Virus record (IMG/VR): IMGVR_UViG_3300022074_000031
Location: 1,322 to 65,321 of that record
DNA length: 64,000 nt
DNA from: a virus
Lineage: Duplodnaviria > Caudoviricetes
Reading direction: 5' to 3' (one strand)
Of the stretch, positions 1 to 8,273 are shown in pieces. The position numbers and the translations under genes are program-made. Below the pieces are notes generated by a model, which did no database searches, had not been told where the DNA came from, and saw only the letters and a program-made list of their open reading frames with translations. Every line of letters starts with the position of its first letter. Position 1 is the first letter of the stretch.

Positions 1-294
1 TTATTCAATGAGTTAGATAAAAAAGACTTTAGAAGAATTGAACGGTGGGCAAAGTATGCTAAAGTTGATGAAGCATATTTTACTCCTTTCTCTCTCACCC
101 AAAGTATATACGATTGCCTCTGGTCTATTCCAGAAGCAATAGATGAAGGGTTTTCTAAATATTTAGAGAGAAGAAAAAAAGAATACAATGAAATATTGGC
201 TTATCATAATAAAAACTGTAAAGAAAAATGTATAGTTTGTGATGATAGGCAAGCAATCAAAAATTTATTGGGGATTGATTATGAAAGAAAATAA
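1..294 (+). CDS. hypothetical protein, 5'-truncated by window edge
   Basis: Open frame from base 1 (LFNELDKKDFRRIERW...) to TAA at 292-294, overlapping the next ATG at 281; not in ORF track. Confidence 0.7.
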   Translation, partial: LFNELDKKDFRRIERWAKYAKVDEAYFTPFSLTQSIYDCLWSIPEAIDEGFSKYLERRKKEYNEILAYHNKNCKEKCIVCDDRQAIKNLLGIDYERK

Positions 295-442
295 TCCTGA
301 ATATATTCTTAACAATAGAAAAGGCAACAAAGTTGCCACCATGTGCCGAGTTTGCGGCAAAAAATTATTTTCACCAGATGAAATTAAAAAGGAAATGCAC
401 GATAAGTGCGATAAAGACAAATCAAATATATATATGATGTGA
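281..442 (+). CDS. small zinc-finger protein
   Basis: MKENNPEY...CRVC...HDKC; ATG at 281 overlaps the upstream gene, stop just before the next ATG at 447. Confidence 0.65.
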   Translation: MKENNPEYILNNRKGNKVATMCRVCGKKLFSPDEIKKEMHDKCDKDKSNIYMM

Positions 443-446
443 TAAT

Positions 447-1619
447 ATGTTGATTAAATTAAAAATAAGAAAACCAGATGATAGCGACGAATATTATTAT
501 TCAGAAATAGAAAGTGATGCCTTCACAAGCGCGAGAGTTCACTTAAACTACAAGGGATTTCTCTCAATTAATAGAGGAAGTTATCAATCAAAAGACCCTG
601 TGCATGAAGGAATTAAGTCTTCTGTAAAGCAAATTTTCTCAAAGAGAAGAAACACTCGCAGATATAGATACTCTGGAATGTCAAAGGACTTGACATCAAC
701 AATCAGAATTAAGAATCTGACTATCTTTTTTCAAAAGAAGGGAGGAAGACACCATTTAAATGGTATTTATCTTTCCTTGGACAACCTATCAGATGTTTTG
801 GCAAGAGTTATTTATAGGAGTTGTTTTACAGACGACGCAACAACACTGAACAAAGTTCTTTGGAAATACTTACACATTCCAGAAAATGTTGTTCATGCTC
901 TTGAGAACCGTGTGCCATACTTCTTTTACGAAGATTATGAAAAACACGATGTTCGTCTTAATGTCCAAAGAACCGGTCCTTCCACCGTTGCATTAGAGAT
1001 TAGCGATGGTATTTGGGGAGAAATGTCTTTCAAGGAGTTAGATAAATATTGTAATTTTTATGTTCACGAGCAGAAAAGAGGTTCTTGGCCCTACACATCC
1101 CCAAAGAATCTGTTTATGAAATTGATGGGAAGAGAGCCATCAAGAGCAGAATTAAACCTCATGATTGCCTTCTTACAACAGAATAGAAAGAAAGACATTG
1201 TAGAGAAAAAGGCGTTCCAATTGATTAACGAAATGGTGTCTCAAAGACCCGATAAATTATTCCCCATCTGGAAAGATGACAGGTTAACTCACTTATTCGT
1301 TAGAGGTAATCATTATGATTGGAAATTAGAGTGTAGAAACTATAAAGATTCTGGAACACAGAATGTTTCTACCTATATTTATCAACCCACTAGAAGAGGT
1401 GATGGAGAAGAAATTGATTGGCGAGGCCCAATTTGTATTGACAATGCCAATAATGATTCCTCTGTTGGCGACCAATTCGCCGCAAGAGCAATGGCTTTAA
1501 TAAACGACAACTTTACAATTAAAATTGTAAGCACTATTGATTCTTATATCAGTGGCGAACCTAATGAAAATAGGATGGATGAAAATGAAGAGATGCGACG
1601 AGTGCGGGATAATAGATAG
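447..1619 (+). CDS. hypothetical protein with possible E2-like (UBC) C-terminal motif
   Basis: 390 aa ORF; C-terminal YIYQP...GPICID resembles the UBC IYHPN...GxICLD active-site motif; the function is inference. Confidence 0.5.
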   Translation: MLIKLKIRKPDDSDEYYYSEIESDAFTSARVHLNYKGFLSINRGSYQSKDPVHEGIKSSVKQIFSKRRNTRRYRYSGMSKDLTSTIRIKNLTIFFQKKGGRHHLNGIYLSLDNLSDVLARVIYRSCFTDDATTLNKVLWKYLHIPENVVHALENRVPYFFYEDYEKHDVRLNVQRTGPSTVALEISDGIWGEMSFKELDKYCNFYVHEQKRGSWPYTSPKNLFMKLMGREPSRAELNLMIAFLQQNRKKDIVEKKAFQLINEMVSQRPDKLFPIWKDDRLTHLFVRGNHYDWKLECRNYKDSGTQNVSTYIYQPTRRGDGEEIDWRGPICIDNANNDSSVGDQFAARAMALINDNFTIKIVSTIDSYISGEPNENRMDENEEMRRVRDNR

Positions 1620-2451
1620 TAGTTTTGATGAAGAAATGGGCGAGCATGTTTGTAATGGATGCGGCCTTGTTATCATAACAGAAATGTTTGAAGAGACTGT
1701 TCATATTTTGAACAGTTCTGGCGAGAACATTCGCTCTGCTGATAAAGGACATTTAGGTTCAATTATCACTGGAGAGGGTTCCTACAAATTTAATCGCTTC
1801 AAAAGAAGCGTTATCCCCCAAAACATTCAGCAGGGTTTGATGCACTGCAATATGGTTTTGGCAAACTTCTCTCCTTCGGAGTCCTTGAAGGAAAGGGTAG
1901 AAAAAATCTACATGGAAGCGTATCGCAAAGGACTTTTTGCGAAATTTTCTTTTGAAGACCGGGCAACGGCAGTGGTCTTCTATGCTTTGAAAGAAAGAGG
2001 AACGCCAATACCGCTCAAGAAAGTGACTCAGGAGTTTGAGGTCAATCCGAAAAGAGTCCGTAAAATTGTTCGTAAACTCAACAGTTTGTATCGGAATCAA
2101 ATCAATTTTACGGAGGTTAACCCAGCATATCAGTTAGAATATCATGTGTTGCAGATAACCAAAGATAGAGTTTATCTTCAACAGTGTTTAGAAGTATTGG
2201 CTCGTTTTGAGAATATTGTGAGCAATAGCAATTTTACAAAGAGTAAGTCTTATTATGCTTCTATTTGTTGGATTACAACAAATGTCTTCGAAAGAAGTGA
2301 GCCAACACGAAAGCGAATTAGCGAGGCGTGCGAATATCATCATTCGTGCATCTATGAACAAACGAAGTCCCTCTTAGCCTTGATTGGGAAGACTTCAGTA
2401 AAACAACTAAGAGGCAAAGATATAAATAAAATAGGTGAAACGAATGTTTGA
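1579..2451 (+). CDS. tfb: transcription initiation factor IIB (TFB) homolog
   Basis: N-terminal Zn ribbon CDECG...GEHVCNGCGLVI followed by two cyclin-like helical repeats (ATAVVFYALKERGTPIPLKKV; ASICWI...PTRKRISEAC). Confidence 0.85.
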   Translation: MKMKRCDECGIIDSSFDEEMGEHVCNGCGLVIITEMFEETVHILNSSGENIRSADKGHLGSIITGEGSYKFNRFKRSVIPQNIQQGLMHCNMVLANFSPSESLKERVEKIYMEAYRKGLFAKFSFEDRATAVVFYALKERGTPIPLKKVTQEFEVNPKRVRKIVRKLNSLYRNQINFTEVNPAYQLEYHVLQITKDRVYLQQCLEVLARFENIVSNSNFTKSKSYYASICWITTNVFERSEPTRKRISEACEYHHSCIYEQTKSLLALIGKTSVKQLRGKDINKIGETNV

Positions 2452-2767
2452 AAAAGAATGGAATAAATTAGCAAAGAAAATCTATACCAATGCGGTAAAT
2501 CATGGTTTTTGGAAAGAGGAGAGAAATGATGGAGAAGCAATTGCTTTAATGCATTCAGAATTATCTGAAGCGTTGGAAGCCATGCGAAACGATAATCCTT
2601 CTTCAAATAAAATCATTGAATTTAATAGTGTTGAAGAAGAATTAGCAGATGTGATTATTCGCATTATGGATTATGCCTTTGGTAAGGACTTAGATATAGC
2701 GGGTGCGATTCTCGCTAAGATTGAATACAATCAAAGCCGTGAGTTTATGCACGGTAAATCGTTTTAA
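2435..2767 (+). CDS. MazG-like all-alpha NTP pyrophosphohydrolase
   Basis: LMHSELSEALEA...EEELADVIIRIMD...KIEYNQSR motifs. Confidence 0.85.
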   Translation: MKRMFEKEWNKLAKKIYTNAVNHGFWKEERNDGEAIALMHSELSEALEAMRNDNPSSNKIIEFNSVEEELADVIIRIMDYAFGKDLDIAGAILAKIEYNQSREFMHGKSF

Positions 2768-2779
2768 GGAGGAATAAAT

Positions 2780-2962
2780 ATGAGAGAAGATAAATTAATA
2801 ACAGGTTTTACTTGTATTTGCCTTGGTGATGTGCCTTTTGGTCATTGTCCAACGGTGGTTCAATGGAAACCAACAGATAAAACAGCAGAATGTCTTGAGT
2901 GTCAGCGAGTCTGGGATTTAGAAGCAATTAGATATACAAAAGAAATGGGAGGATGGGATTAA
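2780..2962 (+). CDS. small Cys-rich (zinc-binding) protein
   Basis: RBS AAGGAGG upstream; CIC...HC...CLEC. Confidence 0.65.
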   Translation: MREDKLITGFTCICLGDVPFGHCPTVVQWKPTDKTAECLECQRVWDLEAIRYTKEMGGWD

Positions 2963-3519
2963 TGAGAAAAATATTAGTGATTGGAGCAGGTGGGATTGGA
3001 AGTTTTCTGATTCCTATTTTACACAGAGCAGGATTATATCGAATCTCTGTTGCAGACCCGGACAAAGTTGAGAATAAGAATTTATCCTATCAAAACTTCA
3101 AGAAGGGACATGTAGGACAAAACAAGGCCATGGTGATGAGGGACGAATACGGTTCCGTGAGCCATGCGAGTACCTATCCTATTCTTGCAGAATCACAGAT
3201 GCAAAATTATGATTTGATTATTTGTTGTGTGGACAATATCGGGTTGCGACGAACCCTTTACAACACAAGCGTTAAGTGGTTAGACTTACGGGCGCAAGGT
3301 AGGAACGCCGCACTTGTGAGCCATAAGGCCGACCCGAGGATGTATGATATGCTTTTAGCAGGCGAAGAAGGTTCTTTTAGTTGTCAAGGAGATTCATGGG
3401 ATGGAACAAATAAAGGTGTTCATTATATGCAAGTCGCAATTGCAGGATTGGGCGCACAATGGATTCAACGCTGGTTTAACGGCGAAGAAGTTAGAGAATA
3501 TATGGTGGTGAATGTATGA
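2962..3519 (+). CDS. ThiF/MoeB/E1-like adenylyltransferase
   Basis: ILVIGAGGIGS, VADPDKVENKNLSYQNF, GQNKA, DLIICCVDN...RR; candidate Cys in FSCQ. Confidence 0.9.
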   Translation: MRKILVIGAGGIGSFLIPILHRAGLYRISVADPDKVENKNLSYQNFKKGHVGQNKAMVMRDEYGSVSHASTYPILAESQMQNYDLIICCVDNIGLRRTLYNTSVKWLDLRAQGRNAALVSHKADPRMYDMLLAGEEGSFSCQGDSWDGTNKGVHYMQVAIAGLGAQWIQRWFNGEEVREYMVVNV

Positions 3520-4025
3520 GCCGAGGAATAAAATGGACAAAAAGAGAAGAAACATATGTGATTGGTTGGAAATCTCACTTTGAGAATGAAGACTTTCAAA
3601 AATTAGCAGACGATATGTATGAAGCATTCGGTAATCGCCGTTCTGCTCATGCTGTGAAAATGAAATGGAAGAAAATGCAAGAAACACACGCAATTGCAGA
3701 AGAAACTAAAACCCAGACTCATTCATCGGCTTGGGATGAAGAAAAGGATTTCTTTTTGTTGGTTAATTTCTACGATATGAGCATTGATGAAGTGCGAAAT
3801 TATTTTGGTTTTAGTTATGCTGAATGTGCTGGTCGTCTTGAACGATTAATTGATAGCACAGAACTGACTCACATAGAGTTGGTTAAGAAGGCCGCTATGA
3901 CCGTCCGAGAACGAAAGGAACCCTACATACCCAAGGCTACTTCAAGCCGTAAAGAGAAGCGTCTAATTGCTAAAATGAACAAACTCAACGACAGACTCAT
4001 GCGTCTCCGAGGTGGGGAAGAATGA
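3516..4025 (+). CDS. Myb/SANT-like HTH repeat protein ending in RLRGG-EE
   Basis: Two repeats KWTKREETYV...RSAHAVKMKW and AWDEEKDFFL...; C-terminus LMRLRGGEE. Confidence 0.6.
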   Translation: MSRGIKWTKREETYVIGWKSHFENEDFQKLADDMYEAFGNRRSAHAVKMKWKKMQETHAIAEETKTQTHSSAWDEEKDFFLLVNFYDMSIDEVRNYFGFSYAECAGRLERLIDSTELTHIELVKKAAMTVRERKEPYIPKATSSRKEKRLIAKMNKLNDRLMRLRGGEE

Positions 4026-4696
4026 GCAAGAGCGGAGACTGGTTTATTCGGAAAAACCCCGAAGATGATGATTCGGGATATGATGAATGGCTAATGGAAG
4101 AGGGCTATGAAGCATGGCTAAAAGATAATGAAGGGGCTAAGAATATGGATATTGAAGAAGCAATAAAGACAATTACAGAAACAAGAATTGAGGCATGTCG
4201 CCATGTTGAAGACGCATGGAATAAATGTTTGATGGAAGCAACTTCATCAGTAAGTTGGGAAGACTTTACGGTTGTTCAAGATGCTGAACATTCCTTGGAT
4301 TTGCATGATGCTATTTGGTATGCTTCTTCTGAAATTTTGCCGGGTTTTGAAGTCCAAGCAGTTATTGATTCAAAGAACGACATTTATGTTTCTACGGGAA
4401 CATCAGGCTACGTTGATTATTTGACGATTGACCCCTCAACACTCATTGGGATGAAACTTCCTATCAAGTGTTGGATTCATACTCACCCATTTGGAGCCGC
4501 CTACTTTAGCGGCACGGATTGGAGAACAATCAACATTTGGGGAGAGAACATGGATTGTGCATATGTTCTCGGAAGCCAAATGTCCACGAAAGGCCACTAT
4601 GGTTTTTGGAGCAAGGACAACAAAAACGAACTTTCCATCTATGAAAATGGAGAACACACACAAACACAAAGAAAAAATGGAAGTGAAAAACAATGA
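4022..4696 (+). CDS. JAB/MPN+ (JAMM) metalloprotease-domain protein
   Basis: Upstream Glu (GFEVQAV) plus WIHTHPFGAAYFSGTD = HxH-x7-S-x2-D JAMM motif. Confidence 0.85.
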   Translation: MSKSGDWFIRKNPEDDDSGYDEWLMEEGYEAWLKDNEGAKNMDIEEAIKTITETRIEACRHVEDAWNKCLMEATSSVSWEDFTVVQDAEHSLDLHDAIWYASSEILPGFEVQAVIDSKNDIYVSTGTSGYVDYLTIDPSTLIGMKLPIKCWIHTHPFGAAYFSGTDWRTINIWGENMDCAYVLGSQMSTKGHYGFWSKDNKNELSIYENGEHTQTQRKNGSEKQ

Positions 4697-5010
4697 AAAA
4701 AAGAGATTTTACATCATCAAGACAAAACTACAAATCAATTAAAAGCGGATTAGATACAGCGGCAAAGTATGGTGATAGGTCTAATCATTATTATGAGTCT
4801 CTTCCCCTGACGAAGAGGACAGAGCGCCACATGAAGACCCACCCGAATGATAAAAATGAACCCAAGACCGAAAAAGGCATTCAATGGGCTAAGTCAAAGA
4901 AAACTGAGCGAGATAAAAAGTTGAAAGAGTTTTACAAGACCCATGTTTATACATGGATTTCCAATACTCGTCGTGGCTGGATTGCGCTTCCTTCGGAGGA
5001 AGAGGAATGA
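4693..5010 (+). CDS. hypothetical basic protein
   Basis: 105 aa ORF, ATGA-coupled on both sides. Confidence 0.7.
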   Translation: MKKRDFTSSRQNYKSIKSGLDTAAKYGDRSNHYYESLPLTKRTERHMKTHPNDKNEPKTEKGIQWAKSKKTERDKKLKEFYKTHVYTWISNTRRGWIALPSEEEE

Positions 5011-5222
5011 AAGCCATGAATGACTTTGTGATTGTTGAACAAGAAGTTCAAAGTCATGGCATTATCACCATGAAAGAAAACAATCTTGGCAAAGTGCTTT
5101 CCTGTGCTTGTGATGAAAACCTCGTTGGTAAAACGATTATTTTCTCTACGGCAAAAACTATTCAAGAGTACGATGGCTACAAATTTATACCCTATGAAAT
5201 GGTTATGGCGGTGGTTGGATGA
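5007..5222 (+). CDS. groES: co-chaperonin GroES-like
   Basis: MKAMNDFVIVE...GII...GKVL...VGKTIIF...VMAVV pattern, directly upstream of groEL. Confidence 0.75.
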   Translation: MKAMNDFVIVEQEVQSHGIITMKENNLGKVLSCACDENLVGKTIIFSTAKTIQEYDGYKFIPYEMVMAVVG

Positions 5223-6703
5223 TTATCAACGGAGAAGAAGTAAAGCAAAAACTATTGCAGGGAATCAATTTAGTTGCCGATACGGTTCAGCCGACACTTG
5301 GCCCTCAGGCAAAAACGGTTATTCTTCAAAATGACCCCCCGGTCGTAATTAATGACGGTGTGACGATTACAAAATATATTTCTCACGAAGACCCTTATGT
5401 CCAAATGGGTGTGCAATTGGTTCAAAATTTGGCAAGCAAAGCCCAAGAAGGTTCGGGAGATGGAACAACAACGGCTTGTATTCTTGCGAGAATGCTTTGC
5501 ACGAAGATTTCTCAATTGCCTGAGATGAACGCCCATTCATTCTATGAAACTCTTGATACCCTGAAGGTAAAAATGCTTGAAGGCTTGGATGAATTGTCTA
5601 TTAAAATTGAAGATGATGATATTCTTAATGTCGCCACCATTGCGGCAAACAATGACCCGAATCTCGGTGCTTTGATTCAAGCAGGGATTGAAGAGGTGGG
5701 TCGTGAGGGTGCTCTGACTGTTGAAGAATCAAAAACCCATATCACTGAATTGGTTGTGCGAGAAGGAATGCAGATTCCCGAAGGGTACATCAGCCATTTG
5801 ATGGCAAACCAACCAAATGGTAAAACCATATTTGAGAACCCTTTGGTGTTCATGTCAAACATGAAATTCAGAAACTTCAAGGACATTATTGGTTTGTTGG
5901 AATATGCCGCAAACCAAAGCAGACCATTGGTTATCTTCTGTAAAGGAATGGACGGTTCAGCATTGAATAATCTATTGGCGAACATCATTAATAAAACTGT
6001 AGAGTGCGCTGTTGTTCTTGCTCCTAATTTTGGCGACCAGCAATTAGATGAGTTGAGCGACATTCAATGTTTAATGGGTGGTAAAGTCTTCACCGAAGAG
6101 AGCAAGGATAGTGCTTCACAGTTTGTCAAGAGCGATTTAGGGGAGTGTGAGCGAGTTATTATTTCAAAAGAGCGAACGGTTTTGGTTGGCGGTGAGGGTG
6201 AGACTTATTCACGAATCAATTACCTAAAAGAGCAAGTCAAATCAATGGAAGGATTTGAAGCGGCTCGCTTCAAGTCCCGTATCATCCGCTTGCGTGGAAA
6301 GGTCGCAACAATCAAAGTCGGTGCTTCTTCTTCAATCGAAATGCTTGAGAAAAAAGAACGACTTGATGATGCTTTGAACGCAACAAAGGCCGCTTTAGAA
6401 GAAGGCATTGTTGTTGGTGGAGGCCGTGCTTTGATGGAAGTTGCTCAGAGAATTGATGCACCTAATTGGTTTAAGGATGCTATGACTGCTCCTTACGAAA
6501 CACTCTTTGAGAACAGCAATCTATCCGTAGTCCCTCCCGAACAATACCCCATGGGCTTTAATGCTTTGACGGGCAAAATGGCAAACTTGGAAGAAGAAGG
6601 AGTCTTTGACCCAGTAAAGGTTGCGAAGAACAGTCTTCTCGCCGCTATGTCAATTGCTCAATTGTTTTATTCTACGGAAGTAGCGGTGTTGGTGGAGGAA
6701 TAA
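5219..6703 (+). CDS. groEL: group I chaperonin GroEL
   Basis: TLGP, INDGVTI, GDGTTTA, APNFGD, EKKERLDDALNATKAALEEGIVVGGG, GVFDPVKV. Confidence 0.95.
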   Translation: MIINGEEVKQKLLQGINLVADTVQPTLGPQAKTVILQNDPPVVINDGVTITKYISHEDPYVQMGVQLVQNLASKAQEGSGDGTTTACILARMLCTKISQLPEMNAHSFYETLDTLKVKMLEGLDELSIKIEDDDILNVATIAANNDPNLGALIQAGIEEVGREGALTVEESKTHITELVVREGMQIPEGYISHLMANQPNGKTIFENPLVFMSNMKFRNFKDIIGLLEYAANQSRPLVIFCKGMDGSALNNLLANIINKTVECAVVLAPNFGDQQLDELSDIQCLMGGKVFTEESKDSASQFVKSDLGECERVIISKERTVLVGGEGETYSRINYLKEQVKSMEGFEAARFKSRIIRLRGKVATIKVGASSSIEMLEKKERLDDALNATKAALEEGIVVGGGRALMEVAQRIDAPNWFKDAMTAPYETLFENSNLSVVPPEQYPMGFNALTGKMANLEEEGVFDPVKVAKNSLLAAMSIAQLFYSTEVAVLVEE

Positions 6704-6705
6704 AT

Positions 6706-6840
6706 ATGAATGTTAGCGGCTATTGCTTATTGATTGGTATTTTTGCAGGTCTATATTGGCTTGGACTAAAAATCAATCCACCTATTCATCAAACAACCGT
6801 CCCCGAGCCTAATAATTTATTGTGGGGCGATGAAGAATGA
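6706..6840 (+). CDS. small membrane protein
   Basis: MNVSGYCLLIGIFAGLYWLGLKINPP... 44 aa; fills the gap, ATGA overlap with the next gene; not in ORF track. Confidence 0.6.
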   Translation: MNVSGYCLLIGIFAGLYWLGLKINPPIHQTTVPEPNNLLWGDEE

Positions 6841-7232
6841 AGAAGGCAATCACAGTTGTTTTACCCGCACCACATAAGGCGCAAATAAAATGCCCTATTT
6901 GTGAAGGGAATAAATGCCATGTCTGCAAAATGACAGGGCTATTAAAAATAGATGTTGCCCCAAAAATACCTATTCAAAGGGCTCACATCATTAAATATGT
7001 GGCAGAAAATATTAGAACGGTAGCATCGGAATTAACCAAAAAGTATGGTTTAACTCCTGAAGTGAATACTGTTGAAGTCCTTGAGGTAAATCAGGGACAG
7101 TATGAAATTGTTCAGATTTCATCTCTTGGCGGGGCTTGTTGGATTGTGAACAGATTAGATGATTTGGATACCCCCAGATACTTTACATCAAGGCAGGATT
7201 TAGATAAATTCAAACAGGGGTGGATGAGTTGA
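6837..7232 (+). CDS. zinc-finger protein (DnaJ-type CxxCxG repeat)
   Basis: CPICEGNKCHVCKMTG. Confidence 0.65.
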   Translation: MKKAITVVLPAPHKAQIKCPICEGNKCHVCKMTGLLKIDVAPKIPIQRAHIIKYVAENIRTVASELTKKYGLTPEVNTVEVLEVNQGQYEIVQISSLGGACWIVNRLDDLDTPRYFTSRQDLDKFKQGWMS

Positions 7233-7435
7233 GCGACCTAAAAATTACAGGTCGAATCATCCGAAACGAAAAGGATGAAATTATTGTCAAGCGTGGAATA
7301 TATTGGAATATTGAAGTGTTTGATATTCGTTGGTTTTTGAATGATAAACCAACGCGAAAAGGCATTCGCTTAAACCTTGAAGAAGCGAAAATGTTGTACG
7401 AAATATTAAGGAGAGAATTAGATGAAGACATTTAA
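7220..7435 (+). CDS. PC4/Sub1-family ssDNA-binding protein
   Basis: VFDIRWF...PTRKGIRLNLEEAKML matches the PC4 DIR...PxxKGIxL signature. Confidence 0.8.
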   Translation: MDELSDLKITGRIIRNEKDEIIVKRGIYWNIEVFDIRWFLNDKPTRKGIRLNLEEAKMLYEILRRELDEDI

Positions 7436-7709
7436 GAAACATACGGAGCAAGCAATGAGAGACGCCGCAGTTAAAAACGGCTGTAAAGGAAGAAGTATCA
7501 CTTATGGGGCTGTTGGTTTTGCTAATATGTTCTGCGGTGAAATATGCGATGAGTTTTTACTTTTTGTTGAAAAGTCAATGCCGCCTCTTGGTGGGAGGGG
7601 AACTCGCATTCATGCTGACAATGTGAAGGACTCCTATGCAAGATTCAAACTGGCTCTCTTGGAAGCGTTAAGAAATGCAGATTGGAACATTTCGGAGGAA
7701 GAGGAATGA
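7422..7709 (+). CDS. divergent histone-fold-like protein
   Basis: Short helix, RSIT loop, long helix, RGTRIHADNV (cf. archaeal histone RKTIKAEDI). Confidence 0.5.
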   Translation: MKTFKKHTEQAMRDAAVKNGCKGRSITYGAVGFANMFCGEICDEFLLFVEKSMPPLGGRGTRIHADNVKDSYARFKLALLEALRNADWNISEEEE

Positions 7710-8059
7710 CAGAGATACTCTACCGGATTGCATCGAACGACGAGCGTTTTAATTCATGGGCAAAAAAGAAAAAGAAGAATCTTGAAGGTCGCTTTTTAGA
7801 TATGTTCAATGTTGGCTACAATGAGTCAGTTAGTGCTGAATATTACACGAGAGCGACCTTTGTTTGTTTTTGGGAGATTCACACGAATGGTTCCTTGGCG
7901 AAGGTAGCGCCTTCGATTACACAGGCTTCTTTGATGCACCTTGTTCAAAGACTTCTTGAGAGGGATAGGCCAGAAGAAGCGCAATTAGCACACAATATGA
8001 CAATCAACTTTGTTCGGCTACTATCTGTATTGGATGGTGAAAAGAATGAAGAAGAGTGA
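7706..8059 (+). CDS. hypothetical protein
   Basis: ATG at 7706 after GGAGG, ATGA overlap. Confidence 0.7.
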   Translation: MTEILYRIASNDERFNSWAKKKKKNLEGRFLDMFNVGYNESVSAEYYTRATFVCFWEIHTNGSLAKVAPSITQASLMHLVQRLLERDRPEEAQLAHNMTINFVRLLSVLDGEKNEEE

Positions 8060-8273
8060 TTGGGTCTATTTGGCAAACGCCATGTGGACTTATTCTGAAA
8101 AGAATGAAGGCAGAATCAGTTGCCTTTTAAAACAACTGATAAGAGAAATAAACAACAATAAGGAGATGATTACAAATGGCATGGACAAATTTAGCGAGAC
8201 TATTACAGGCGACAGACAGGATGAGGCCGACAGAAACAGTGAAAATGTTTTCAGAGGGAATGGAGAGTTTTAA
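8046..8273 (+). CDS. hypothetical protein
   Basis: GGTGA RBS then MKKSDWVYL...; 3' end overlaps the ligase start. Confidence 0.5.
   Translation: MKKSDWVYLANAMWTYSEKNEGRISCLLKQLIREINNNKEMITNGMDKFSETITGDRQDEADRNSENVFRGNGEF

Noticed and set aside
2780-2962. Small protein ending GGWD as a ubiquitin-like modifier
   Set aside because: Cys-rich with no beta-grasp pattern, and GG is explained by the overlapping GGAGG RBS of the ThiF gene
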